Assembly (NCBI GenBank): GCA_042584585.1
Contig: JBHOSQ010000004.1
Coordinates: 8,786-72,785, forward strand
Length of the DNA stretch: 64,000 nt
Direction: 5' to 3'
DNA from: an archaeon
GTDB lineage: Archaea; B1Sed10-29; WALL01
In this document: positions 23,706 to 32,185 of the stretch, in pieces
Numbering within the stretch: position 1 is the stretch's first letter
Layout of the letters: each line of letters begins with the position of its first letter
Program-made: the position numbers and the translations under genes
The notes under the pieces: generated by a model
Told to the model about the DNA's origin: nothing
Databases searched by the model: none
Seen by the model: only the letters and a program-made list of their open reading frames with translations

Positions 23706-24149
23706 TTAGTCTGATTTCTGGTTTATTACGCGAATGCTCGCTGCGTCCATCGTGATTGGGATGGGCACCGTTGCTTCCACGAGTTCCAGGGTAATCTTGT
23801 CCTTGGCCTCGTCCACACGAACGACCTTGGCTTTTTCGCCCTTGAACGGGCCCGCAGTCAATTCCACGAGGTCCCCCTTGTGGATGTCCACGGTCAAGCT
23901 TTTTTCCTCGAAGAAGTGGCCTACTTCAGTGAGGTCCACTCCACCAGACACGAGCCCCTTGATTTGTGGCACGTTGTAGATGAGCTTCCGCACCTCGGCC
24001 TCGTTCGGGGCCTCGGCAAAAATGTAGCCGCGCAGGTTGTCCACCACGACAACCGAGTGGATTTCCTGCTCTTTCTTGGACTGCTTGGACCTAAGCAAGT
24101 CAGCGACTATGCGCTCTTGCCCAACAGTGGTCCTAATCGTGTAAATCAT
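23706..24149 (-). CDS. spt5: Transcription elongation factor Spt5 (NusG)
   Basis: MIYTIRTTVGQERIVADLL...RGYIFAEA (NGN domain), then the KOW motif GDLVELTAGPFKGEKAKVVRVD. Confidence 0.9.
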   Translation of the reverse strand: MIYTIRTTVGQERIVADLLRSKQSKKEQEIHSVVVVDNLRGYIFAEAPNEAEVRKLIYNVPQIKGLVSGGVDLTEVGHFFEEKSLTVDIHKGDLVELTAGPFKGEKAKVVRVDEAKDKITLELVEATVPIPITMDAASIRVINQKSD

Positions 24150-24151
24150 TT

Positions 24152-24313
24152 TTAGGTCAGCCCAATAAGCCTTGACAACAGAATCACGGCGACTCCCAAG
24201 ACGCCGATGAGTATCATGCCGATTCCCGTTATCTTGGAAATCATGAAAAACTCGTCCTTGCGGGGCTTTCGCGTCAGCTTAAGCACCCTCACTGCCTCGT
24301 TAATGAAGCTCAT
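24152..24313 (-). CDS. secE: Preprotein translocase subunit SecE (Sec61 gamma)
   Basis: Not in the track (53 aa). Hand translation gives MSFINEAVRVLKLTRKPRKDEFFMISKITGIGMILIGVLGVAVILLSRLIGLT. It occupies the conserved position directly upstream of spt5. Confidence 0.8.
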   Translation of the reverse strand: MSFINEAVRVLKLTRKPRKDEFFMISKITGIGMILIGVLGVAVILLSRLIGLT

Positions 24314-24319
24314 TCAAAA

Positions 24320-25435
24320 TCACTCCACGTACTCAACGTCAAGCTCGACTTCTTCCTGCAGTGCGCGGGACTCGTCGAGGTAAGGGAACCTTCCGCCGGC
24401 AATCACAATCATTGCCTGTATCTTGCTCCGCTTCATGTCGTCGTCAATCATCGCGCCCCAAATAATGTGCGCGTTCGAATGGATCTTGCTCGCGACCGCC
24501 TCGACAATCATCTCTGCCTCACGCAGGGTCATGTCACTTCCGCCGCAAACGTTCACCAAAGCCCTCGTCGACTCCGAGACGTCAATGTCCAGGAGTGGTG
24601 AGTTAAGCGCGTCCTCGACAGCCTCGAGTGCACGCCCCTCGGAATCGCCCTCTATCTCGGACTCTCCAAGGCCAATCATTGCCGCGCCGCCATTGGCAAG
24701 CACAGCCCTAACGTCGGCGAAGTCCAGGTTCACGAGCCCGGGCTTGGTGATTAGTTCGGTGATGCCCTTGACCGCATTGACGAGAATCTCGTCCGCGACC
24801 TTGAACGCCGCGTTGATTGGCAGGTCCGGGACAATCTCCAGTAGCTTGTCGTTCGGGATTACGATTACTGTGTCGCACTCCTTGCGGAGCTTCTTGAGCC
24901 CGCCGAGCGCGTTCTCCATCCTGCGCCTTCCCTCGACGCTGAACGGCAAAGTGACGACGCCAACCGTGAGTGCGCCGATGTCGCGGGCGACCTGCGCGAT
25001 TACTGGCGCGCTGCCTGTGCCGGTTCCGCCTCCAAGGCCACACGTGATGAACACGAGGTCACTGCTCGCAAGGGCTTTTTCGATTGACTTCTTGCTTTCC
25101 TTGCTGGCTGCTTCGCCGAGTTCGGGGTCGCTGCCTGCTCCTAGGCCACGGGTGATGCTCCTGCCGAGCAAGAGCTTTTTGTTGGCCGGTGTAATCAGTA
25201 GGTGCTGGGCGTCAGTGTTCATGGCGAGCACTTCGGCTCCCTGCACGCCGATTTCGTGGAGGCGGCGCATGGTGTTGTTTCCGGAGCCGCCGGTGCCGAC
25301 GACACGGATTCGCGCCTGTGAGTTCGATAGAATGTCCTCTATTTCCTTGTCGGTCAGCGTAGCCTTTAACTTGCTCTTCGCTGCCTTTGACCTGGATTTG
25401 GCTCGCTTTGCGGCCTTTTTCACTACTTTCCTCAA
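24320..25435 (-). CDS. ftsZ: Cell division GTPase FtsZ
   Basis: GTGGSGNNTM, NTDAQHL, GLGAGSDPELG, CGLGGGTGTGSAPV. Lys-rich N-terminal extension. There is no ATG near the start, so a TTG at 25435 (or a GTG at 25423), preceded by AGGTGAT 7 nt upstream. Confidence 0.9.
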   Translation of the reverse strand: MRKVVKKAAKRAKSRSKAAKSKLKATLTDKEIEDILSNSQARIRVVGTGGSGNNTMRRLHEIGVQGAEVLAMNTDAQHLLITPANKKLLLGRSITRGLGAGSDPELGEAASKESKKSIEKALASSDLVFITCGLGGGTGTGSAPVIAQVARDIGALTVGVVTLPFSVEGRRRMENALGGLKKLRKECDTVIVIPNDKLLEIVPDLPINAAFKVADEILVNAVKGITELITKPGLVNLDFADVRAVLANGGAAMIGLGESEIEGDSEGRALEAVEDALNSPLLDIDVSESTRALVNVCGGSDMTLREAEMIVEAVASKIHSNAHIIWGAMIDDDMKRSKIQAMIVIAGGRFPYLDESRALQEEVELDVEYVE

Positions 25436-25464
25436 GAAGAATCACCTTGCCTATCACGCGGTAA

Positions 25465-25488
25465 GCACAATTAGCGGCGTAATTGTGC
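25465..25488. promoter_or_regulatory. Perfect inverted repeat GCACAATTA-N6-TAATTGTGC in the ftsZ / e2b2 divergent region
   Basis: Read directly. It sits between the GGTTTAAATAG TATA-like box (25498-25505) and the ftsZ Shine-Dalgarno and start, at about the expected ftsZ transcription start. Confidence 0.5.
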
Positions 25489-25525
25489 AGATTGGGGTTT
25501 AAATAGGTTTTGTCGCCAGTGAAGG

Positions 25526-25532
25526 TTTAAAT
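25526..25532 (+). promoter_or_regulatory. TATA box for the R15P isomerase gene
   Basis: GGTTTAAATG, 24 nt upstream of the ATG at 25556. Confidence 0.45.
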
Positions 25533-25555
25533 GCCTGTATTGCTTTTTAGGGGGC

Positions 25556-26452
25556 ATGAAGTCCAAAACCACTGCCGCCAGGATAAAACGCCTGGAAATT
25601 CAGGGCGCGAGGAATATCGCCCGCAAAGGCCTTGAGGCAGTGGCTTTTGACGCGAAGCGGAGCAAGGCGAAGACACTCGCCGCCTTCAAAAAGGAAGTCG
25701 CCAACAACTCCCGCGTTTTGGCGGGTGCGCGGCCCACCGAGCCCGCGCTGCGGAACGGCCTCGCAATCGTGCGGGACGCGCTCGCAATCGAAAGCTCATT
25801 GCCCGGCGCGAAGGAAGCGGTGGCCGAGGCGACCACCCAGTACACCAAGCAAATGGCGGAAGCCAAAAAAAAGATTGTCGAAGTTGGCGTCAAGCGCATA
25901 CGAAAAAACTCGACTGTCCTGACGCACTGCCACTCGTCGACAGTGACGGCAATTCTTCTCGCGGCGTGGAAAAAGAAAAAGTTCAAAGTCATCAACACCG
26001 AGACTCGCCCCCGGTATCAAGGGCGGACCACGGCCGCGGAGCTGGCGAAGGCAGGGATTCCGGTGACGCATATCGTGGATTCAGCGGCGCGCCGGGTGAT
26101 GAACGAGGTCCAGCTCGTGCTGGTGGGCGCGGACGCGGTCACGGCGGGCGGCCAGCTTGTGAATAAAATCGGGACGAGCCTGATTGCGTTGGCGGCGCAC
26201 GAGGCCCGAACACCGTTCGCGTCGGCGTGTGAGACGTTCAAGTTCGACCCCCTCACTGTGCTCGGCGGGTACGAGCCCATCGAGTACAGGAACCCAAAAG
26301 AGGTGTGGAGCTCTCCGCCAAAACGCGTTAAGATTCGCAACCCGGCGTTCGACTTCACCCCGCCGGAATATATAGACTATATTATAACAGAAGAGGGAAT
26401 CATCACGCCGTTCGAGGCGGCGCACATTTTGCGCGAGCGGGCGAAGTGGTGA
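25556..26452 (+). CDS. Ribose-1,5-bisphosphate isomerase (eIF-2B alpha/beta/delta family)
   Basis: 298 aa. ...TVLTHCHSSTV..., INTETRPRYQGR, LVLVGADAVTAGGQLVNKIGTS. Adjacent to AMP phosphorylase, as in the archaeal AMP pathway. Confidence 0.75.
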   Translation: MKSKTTAARIKRLEIQGARNIARKGLEAVAFDAKRSKAKTLAAFKKEVANNSRVLAGARPTEPALRNGLAIVRDALAIESSLPGAKEAVAEATTQYTKQMAEAKKKIVEVGVKRIRKNSTVLTHCHSSTVTAILLAAWKKKKFKVINTETRPRYQGRTTAAELAKAGIPVTHIVDSAARRVMNEVQLVLVGADAVTAGGQLVNKIGTSLIALAAHEARTPFASACETFKFDPLTVLGGYEPIEYRNPKEVWSSPPKRVKIRNPAFDFTPPEYIDYIITEEGIITPFEAAHILRERAKW

Positions 26453-26486
26453 AACTTTATAAACAATGTTTCCATAGTGGTCTCGA

Positions 26487-28007
26487 ATGAAAAAGCCGTT
26501 CAAAGCCAGGTGCATAGACCTTTCTACGGCTGGAGTTCGGATTGTGGTGCTGCACAGCTCGGACGCGCGGGACCTTGACCTGAAGGCCATGGACCGCGTG
26601 GCTGTGAGCACTGACGGGTCGGCGCCGGTCAACTGCATCGTGGACTTGACCAACAGCTTCGTTGAGCCGGGGACGGTGGGATTGTTCCGCGAGGCGTGCA
26701 ACCGCGCGAACGTCGGCGAGAACGACAACGTGTACCTTGAGCCGAAGGGCAAGCCCGAGAGCCTGAAGTTCATCAAAGAAAAGATGGCCGGGAAGCGGCA
26801 CACCAAGGAAGAGATTGAGGCCATCATCCGGGACTTGATGCACGAAGAGTTGAGTGACGTCGAGCTGACGGGCTGGATTTCTTCGATTTACATTCGTGGG
26901 CTCGAGAAGGACGAGACCATTGCATTGACGAAGGCGATTGTTGATTCGGGGACAACGCTTGACCTGCGGGAGAAGCGCGTGTTCGACAAGCACTGCATTG
27001 GCGGCGTCGCTGGAAACCGGACGACGATGCTGGTTGTGCCGATTATCGCGGCGGCGGGATTGACGTGCGCAAAGACGTCGAGCCGCGCGATTACTTCGCC
27101 GGCGGGGACCGCGGACACCATGGAGGTGTTGGCGCCCGTGAACCTGAACAAGGACGACATCGAGGAAGTCGTGAACAGGATTGGCGCGTGCATCGTGTGG
27201 GGCGGGGCAGTAAACCTTGCGGCCGCGGACGACAAATTGATCCGCATTCGCCATCCCTTGTCGCTTGACCCACGGGGAATGCTTTTGGCCTCAATCATGG
27301 CGAAGAAAAAAGCGGTTGGCGCGACAGATGTGATTATTGACATTCCGGTTGGGCGTGGCGCGAAAATCAAGTCGCCGGACGAGGCAACGATTTTGGCGAA
27401 GCAGTTCAACGCGCTAGGTGCCTCTTTAGACATGAACATTCATTCCTTGCTGACCAACGGCGACCACCCGATTGGGCTGGCCGTGGGGCCAACGATTGAG
27501 GCGAGGGAGACACTGAGGATTCTTGACTGCGAGGTAGTGTCACAGGAATTGATTGAGAAGAGCTCGCAGTTGGCTGGCGTGCTGCTCGAGATTGGTGGGA
27601 AGGCCGCGCCCGGGGCGGGGAGGGACATGGCGCTTAAGCTCATCCAAAGTGGGAAGGCGGGGCAGAAGTTCCGCGAGATTATTGAGAACCAGGGCGGCGA
27701 CGGGAACATCAAGTCTAACGACGTGATGATGGGCGACTACGACCACACGGTCGTCGCGGATCGTGATGGGCGGATTGAGCACATCGACAACAAGGGCGTC
27801 TCCGCGGTTGTCCGCAACGCTGGTGCCCCGAGTGACAAGGTGGCTGGCATGTACCTGCATGTGGAGGAGGGGGACAAGGTGCGGCGCGGGCAGGAGCTAT
27901 TCACGATTTACGCGAAGAGCGAGAGAAAAATCGACCAGGCCCTGGAGGCGTACGACCAGCACAAGCCGATACAGTTCGCCAGGATTATTCTTCAGACGCT
28001 GGACTAG
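26487..28007 (+). CDS. AMP phosphorylase (thymidine phosphorylase family II with N-terminal extension)
   Basis: 506 aa. N-terminal extra domain (KARCIDLSTAGVRIVVLHSSDARDL), then HCIGGVAGNRTT, TSSRAITSPAGTADTME, and the typical C-terminal alpha/beta domain. TATA CTTTATAAAC at 26455-26464. Confidence 0.8.
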   Translation: MKKPFKARCIDLSTAGVRIVVLHSSDARDLDLKAMDRVAVSTDGSAPVNCIVDLTNSFVEPGTVGLFREACNRANVGENDNVYLEPKGKPESLKFIKEKMAGKRHTKEEIEAIIRDLMHEELSDVELTGWISSIYIRGLEKDETIALTKAIVDSGTTLDLREKRVFDKHCIGGVAGNRTTMLVVPIIAAAGLTCAKTSSRAITSPAGTADTMEVLAPVNLNKDDIEEVVNRIGACIVWGGAVNLAAADDKLIRIRHPLSLDPRGMLLASIMAKKKAVGATDVIIDIPVGRGAKIKSPDEATILAKQFNALGASLDMNIHSLLTNGDHPIGLAVGPTIEARETLRILDCEVVSQELIEKSSQLAGVLLEIGGKAAPGAGRDMALKLIQSGKAGQKFREIIENQGGDGNIKSNDVMMGDYDHTVVADRDGRIEHIDNKGVSAVVRNAGAPSDKVAGMYLHVEEGDKVRRGQELFTIYAKSERKIDQALEAYDQHKPIQFARIILQTLD

Positions 28008-30037
28008 GGTTTTGGGTTTTCGTGTATTGGCAAGCGCATTATGTTGTACACGTGGTTGTGGTAGTCCAACCCTCTCTTGTTTAAGTTCTTTTTACTAAGA
28101 GCAAGAATGCTCTTTGCTTTCTTGATGCTGTCTTGAGCTAAACCATACTCCGGGCTTTTTTTGGAAACTTGGGAAAGGACTTTTACTGAAAGGTTGAGGT
28201 ATTGCTTAACGTTTTTGCGCCAATACTTCGGCGCATCGGAGCCGGACGGTCCGGGTGTAAAGCCCAGTCTCAACGCGTCGTTGACTCTCCTCCCTGCTAT
28301 GCTATCGACGCTATAGTGGTGAGTTATGTTACGTCCCTCTACAGTTTGGAGATGGTTAATCCACTTGTCAGTTATCCCGTACTTTTTCCATAGCTCTGCT
28401 ATCAAAACGTTGTCAGTGCGGGGAACGGTTTTGAGGCCCATCTCGCGTGCGAGAGCTTTTTTGTAGTCTTTGTAGTACTTCCCGAAGAAAAATCCCAGGC
28501 TCTTGAAATGTTGCATGTAATACATCAAGGGGTCTAACATATCTGGGTAGCGTGGCTCATGTTGGGGATGACGTTCACTGAATTTGACTCCCTCGAGCGG
28601 AGGAGTGTAAAGTGCTTTGTCCTTGAGGTATTCGTCGCCATGGAAAAAGTCGGTGTCAGGAATCGGGTTTTTCTCCAGGTTCTTCAAGAAGCGCTTGGCT
28701 GACCGCTGTATGAATTCTTGCTTCATGTCTTCTGGCAATGCAGTCAACGGGTCGTTACGATACGGCGGTTTTGACTTTGAGTCCAGCTGCATGCTGCCGA
28801 CGTCCCATATCTGATGCTTGTTGCCTTTGAAGAGCAAGTCGATTCCCAGTTCTTCCTTGCTGCGTTTGTTGCCCAAGTCTATTGGCGGCTCTTTGGATTT
28901 CTCGTGCTCGTTAACAATCTGTTTGTAGGCTTTGTATTTCTCCGCGACCTTTTCGTAACCCATATACTTGTAGAACTTGGCCATCCCATGAAAGTAAGCA
29001 CTGGGCGCGAAGTAATGCTTGGCAAGCTTTTGGATTATTTCAATCGGCTCGTCTTTGGTCACGTCGCCAAGAACAAACGAGTCCGGAACAGTTTCTAAAT
29101 AGCCCAAATGGACGTTAGTCACCACTTTCCCATCGGGCCTTACATAGATTTCGCAGCCGTCAGCGTTCTTCTGATGGCTCAAAACATCCGAAGCAGAAAC
29201 AAGCTTGGGTAAAGTCTCATCTTTGGGCTCGGCCAAAGCACCCATCGCATACAGCGCGCCAGCCTTCACGCCGTAGCCGAGCTTAACCTCAATATCCTGG
29301 TGCAGCCCTTTGCCGAGGTGCTTGCAGTCCTTCAACAGTGTTTTCACTCTGCCTGTAACGCCACTTTGCTCGTGCTCCTTCCCCCTGAAATGCACGAACG
29401 GCGTCAGTCTGAAACCCTTGGTTTCGTGGGCGATGCCGGCGGCAATGTCTGCCCGTTGGAGAATGGTGGGGTCCTGGGCGAGATGCCAGTCATCAATCCC
29501 AACCCAAAAATGAACGTTGTTTGGGATTTTGGAAAAGAACTTTCGGGCTTTTTTCTCGTCAAGCGGGAAAAAAGTTCCGTTCGTGTTCACGTTCACCGTT
29601 TGGAAACACGTGGACGCTTTCTTGATTATCTTGAGTATGTCCTTGTGGAGGAACGGCTCGCCACCGCTAAGCCAAACGACGTCTTGCTTTCTCCCATCGA
29701 GATAATGATCGTAATCCTCCCTCATGCCTTTCTTGAGGGCACCGAATTGATCAAAAAGCATGAAAAGCGAGTTCTTCAGTTTTTCCGCGTGCCCCTTCAT
29801 TGCTTCAGGGTCCTGTTCCCTCTTTCTCGCGGCAGCGTTCATCATGTATTCAGCAAAACAATGGCCGCAGCTCAAGTTACAAATGTCGTTCATGAGGACG
29901 TTGATTGGGGCTTTTTTCTTGAATGGTGTTCTGAAGTCCTCATCATTAGAAAAAACTCGCCACAAGAATTGCGCGCTTCCACGCTTGTCCTTCTTCTTCA
30001 GCGTCTTGACAATGTCTGGCTCGTTGAACTTTTTCAC
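28004..30037 (-). CDS. Radical SAM enzyme fused to a C-terminal region of about 340 aa with unknown function
   Basis: 677 aa with a GTG start. CNLSCGHC (CxxxCxxC), VVWLSGGEPFL, VNVNTNGTFF. Residues from about 330 to 677 are K/Y/F-rich with no motif I recognise. Its own TATA lies at 30059-30068. Sampled 60-nt lines are 48-50% GC against 60-67% in flanking genes. Confidence 0.75.
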   Translation of the reverse strand: MKKFNEPDIVKTLKKKDKRGSAQFLWRVFSNDEDFRTPFKKKAPINVLMNDICNLSCGHCFAEYMMNAAARKREQDPEAMKGHAEKLKNSLFMLFDQFGALKKGMREDYDHYLDGRKQDVVWLSGGEPFLHKDILKIIKKASTCFQTVNVNTNGTFFPLDEKKARKFFSKIPNNVHFWVGIDDWHLAQDPTILQRADIAAGIAHETKGFRLTPFVHFRGKEHEQSGVTGRVKTLLKDCKHLGKGLHQDIEVKLGYGVKAGALYAMGALAEPKDETLPKLVSASDVLSHQKNADGCEIYVRPDGKVVTNVHLGYLETVPDSFVLGDVTKDEPIEIIQKLAKHYFAPSAYFHGMAKFYKYMGYEKVAEKYKAYKQIVNEHEKSKEPPIDLGNKRSKEELGIDLLFKGNKHQIWDVGSMQLDSKSKPPYRNDPLTALPEDMKQEFIQRSAKRFLKNLEKNPIPDTDFFHGDEYLKDKALYTPPLEGVKFSERHPQHEPRYPDMLDPLMYYMQHFKSLGFFFGKYYKDYKKALAREMGLKTVPRTDNVLIAELWKKYGITDKWINHLQTVEGRNITHHYSVDSIAGRRVNDALRLGFTPGPSGSDAPKYWRKNVKQYLNLSVKVLSQVSKKSPEYGLAQDSIKKAKSILALSKKNLNKRGLDYHNHVYNIMRLPIHENPKP

Positions 30038-30073
30038 GAGTAGATAATGGCGGAGAAAGTATAAAATCCTTGC

Positions 30074-31339
30074 CTAGAACTTACAGAACTTTTGCGCTTT
30101 CTTGAGCGTGTTTTTTTCGTTTACCGACAGGACTTTGTTGTCGCGCATCACTACCTCGCCGTTGATGATGCTGTGGATTACCGGAGTGCCCCCGAACAAG
30201 GACTCGCGCAGCAACGACTCGTCCGTGTTCGGGACTATGCGGTCCCTCATCGACACCACGGTTATGTCCGCGAGCGAGCCCGGCGCGAGCGAGCCGGTCG
30301 CGTGGCCGTACAGCCGAGAGTTGAACGCCATCGAAAGCAATTGGTTTATCGACACCTGCTTGCCTTTTGACTGCTGCAGCGTCAGCGCGTTCATAAGCTC
30401 GCGCCGAACGTCATTGCTCATGTTTGCGATTGGGTCGTCCACGCCTATGCCCACCGCGACGCCTGCCTCCAGCATGTCCGCCACCGGCGCGACGCCGGAG
30501 CCTAGGTTAAGGTTCACCGTCGGGCAGTGCACCACGGTCGAGCGGCTCTTGGACAAAAGGAGTATGTCGTTCTTGGAAACGTTCACTGCATGCACGGCAA
30601 GCGAGTGGTCGTTCAACAGGCCGAGGTCGTACAGGTAGCGCACGCTGGTCTTGCCGGTACGCTGCAGGACAAACCCTTTTTCGCCGGTGGATTCGGCGAC
30701 GTGCATGTGTACGCCGGTGTGGTTCTCGGTCGCCAGGTCCTTCACTGTCTTGATTAGCTTTTCTGTGGACTCCACTTCGTTCGCGAGGCCGAACATCCCC
30801 GTCAGGAGCGGGTGCTCCTCGAGGCGCTTCACGAGCCACTCGTTCTCGGACAAGTGCTTGCACGTGAAGGTGGCGCCGCTTTTTATCTCGCGGTCCTTCA
30901 GCGCGAGGGCCATTGTGCCCCTGAGGCCCAAACGGTCCAGGGCCTTGAGCACTGGCTTTGACCACTTGGCGTTGATGTTGTTTATTGAGGTGGTGCCAGT
31001 GTGGATGAACTCGAGGCCGGAGACCAACGCACCCAAGTAGGCATGGTCAGGCGTCATCTTGTTCTCGATTGGGAACAAGACTTTTTCGAACATCTCGAAG
31101 AGCGGCATGCCGACGCCGAGGCCCTGGGCAAGGCCGAGGGCTGCGTGGGTGTGTGCGTTGATGAAGCCGGGCATCACGAGGCAGCCGGTCGCATCGATGC
31201 GGTCGTAGCGCTTGTGTGACTTTCGCATGCGCTCCTTTGTTCCCGTGCCGGTGATGACTGTGCCTTCGACTGCCAGTGAGTGTTCTTTGAATGAATAGTT
31301 CGGCTGCAGCACCTTGCCGTTTTCGATAAGAAGAGCCAC
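30074..31339 (-). CDS. Amidohydrolase-superfamily nucleoside deaminase (MTA/SAH/5'-deoxyadenosine deaminase-like)
   Basis: ...LLIENGKVL..., PGFINAHTHAA (metal-binding HxH), HVAES, VHCP, GVDD. The start is probably the GTG at 31339, which is 29 nt from the shared TATA (the track ORF extends to 31354). Confidence 0.7.
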   Translation of the reverse strand: MALLIENGKVLQPNYSFKEHSLAVEGTVITGTGTKERMRKSHKRYDRIDATGCLVMPGFINAHTHAALGLAQGLGVGMPLFEMFEKVLFPIENKMTPDHAYLGALVSGLEFIHTGTTSINNINAKWSKPVLKALDRLGLRGTMALALKDREIKSGATFTCKHLSENEWLVKRLEEHPLLTGMFGLANEVESTEKLIKTVKDLATENHTGVHMHVAESTGEKGFVLQRTGKTSVRYLYDLGLLNDHSLAVHAVNVSKNDILLLSKSRSTVVHCPTVNLNLGSGVAPVADMLEAGVAVGIGVDDPIANMSNDVRRELMNALTLQQSKGKQVSINQLLSMAFNSRLYGHATGSLAPGSLADITVVSMRDRIVPNTDESLLRESLFGGTPVIHSIINGEVVMRDNKVLSVNEKNTLKKAQKFCKF

Positions 31340-31367
31340 TAATAAACACCACAAATGACGAAGTTAT

Positions 31368-31376
31368 CTTTATATC
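31368..31376. promoter_or_regulatory. Shared TATA box for the divergent amidohydrolase and porG genes
   Basis: CTTTATATC lies 27 nt upstream of the porG ATG (31403) and 29 nt upstream of the GTG at 31339 on the other strand. Confidence 0.5.
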
Positions 31377-31402
31377 CGGCGTGTGTTTTTAAAGGTAGCA
31401 CC

Positions 31403-31930
31403 ATGATTGAAATTCGCATTCACGGGCGTGGCGGGCAAGGCGCGGTAACAGCGTCAGAGCTGCTTGCGGTCGCGGCGTTCAGAGACGGCAAGTACGCCCA
31501 GGCGTTCGGGAAGTTCGGGCCCGAGCGGCGCGGCGCGCCGATACAGTCCTTCGCAAGGATTAGCGGTGAGCCGATACGCATCAGGCAGGAGGTCTATGAG
31601 CCTGATTACGTCATCGTCCTGGACTCGAGCCTCATGAAGGTAGTGGACGTGAAGCAAGGATTGAAAAAGGGTGGGACAGTCATAGTCAACACGAGTGAGG
31701 ACATCCCGGGCATGTGGTGCGTCGATGCCACGCGGATTGCGCTTGACGTAATCGGCAGGCCGATCGTCAACACGGCGATGCTCGGCGCGTTCAACAAGGC
31801 AAGTGAGTGTGTGGTGACGCTGGACTCGCTCGCCGAGGCAATCAAAGAGCGGTTCCCGGGAAAGATTGGGGACTTGAACGCAAAAGCGATAGTGAAGGCC
31901 AGTGAGGGCTGTGCCTGCTGCGAGGTGTGA
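31403..31930 (+). CDS. porG: Pyruvate/2-oxoacid:ferredoxin oxidoreductase, gamma subunit
   Basis: MIEIRIHGRGGQGAVTASELLAVAAFRDGKYAQAFGKFGPERRGAP. Confidence 0.9.
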   Translation: MIEIRIHGRGGQGAVTASELLAVAAFRDGKYAQAFGKFGPERRGAPIQSFARISGEPIRIRQEVYEPDYVIVLDSSLMKVVDVKQGLKKGGTVIVNTSEDIPGMWCVDATRIALDVIGRPIVNTAMLGAFNKASECVVTLDSLAEAIKERFPGKIGDLNAKAIVKASEGCACCEV

Positions 31931-31933
31931 GAG

Positions 31934-32185
31934 ATGATTGGCGGAGTAGTGGACAAGCCTGGCAGCCTTGATGCCAACAAAACGGGGGGGTGGAGGAGCT
32001 TCCGCCCGATTATTGACAGGGAAAAATGCATTGGGTGCGGAATCTGCAAAAAGTTCTGCCCCGACGTATGCATCGAGATAATCAAAGGAAAATCTGTGGT
32101 TGACTACGACTACTGCAAGGGCTGCTTGATTTGCAAGAACTTGTGCCCGGTCAAGGCGATTTCGTCTGAAGAGGAGGAGAAATAG
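31934..32185 (+). CDS. porD: 2-oxoacid:ferredoxin oxidoreductase, delta subunit (2x[4Fe-4S] ferredoxin)
   Basis: CIGCGICKKFCP and CKGCLICKNLCP motifs. Confidence 0.9.
   Translation: MIGGVVDKPGSLDANKTGGWRSFRPIIDREKCIGCGICKKFCPDVCIEIIKGKSVVDYDYCKGCLICKNLCPVKAISSEEEEK

Noticed and set aside
24423-25502. 359-aa + strand ORF opposite ftsZ
   Set aside because: A Ser/Pro-rich shadow ORF. The - strand frame carries the full set of FtsZ signature motifs.
26081-27439. Long - strand ORFs (26081..26827, 26457..27254, 26888..27439) opposite the e2b2 and AMP phosphorylase genes
   Set aside because: Arg/His/Pro-rich shadow frames. The + strand products have clear family motifs.
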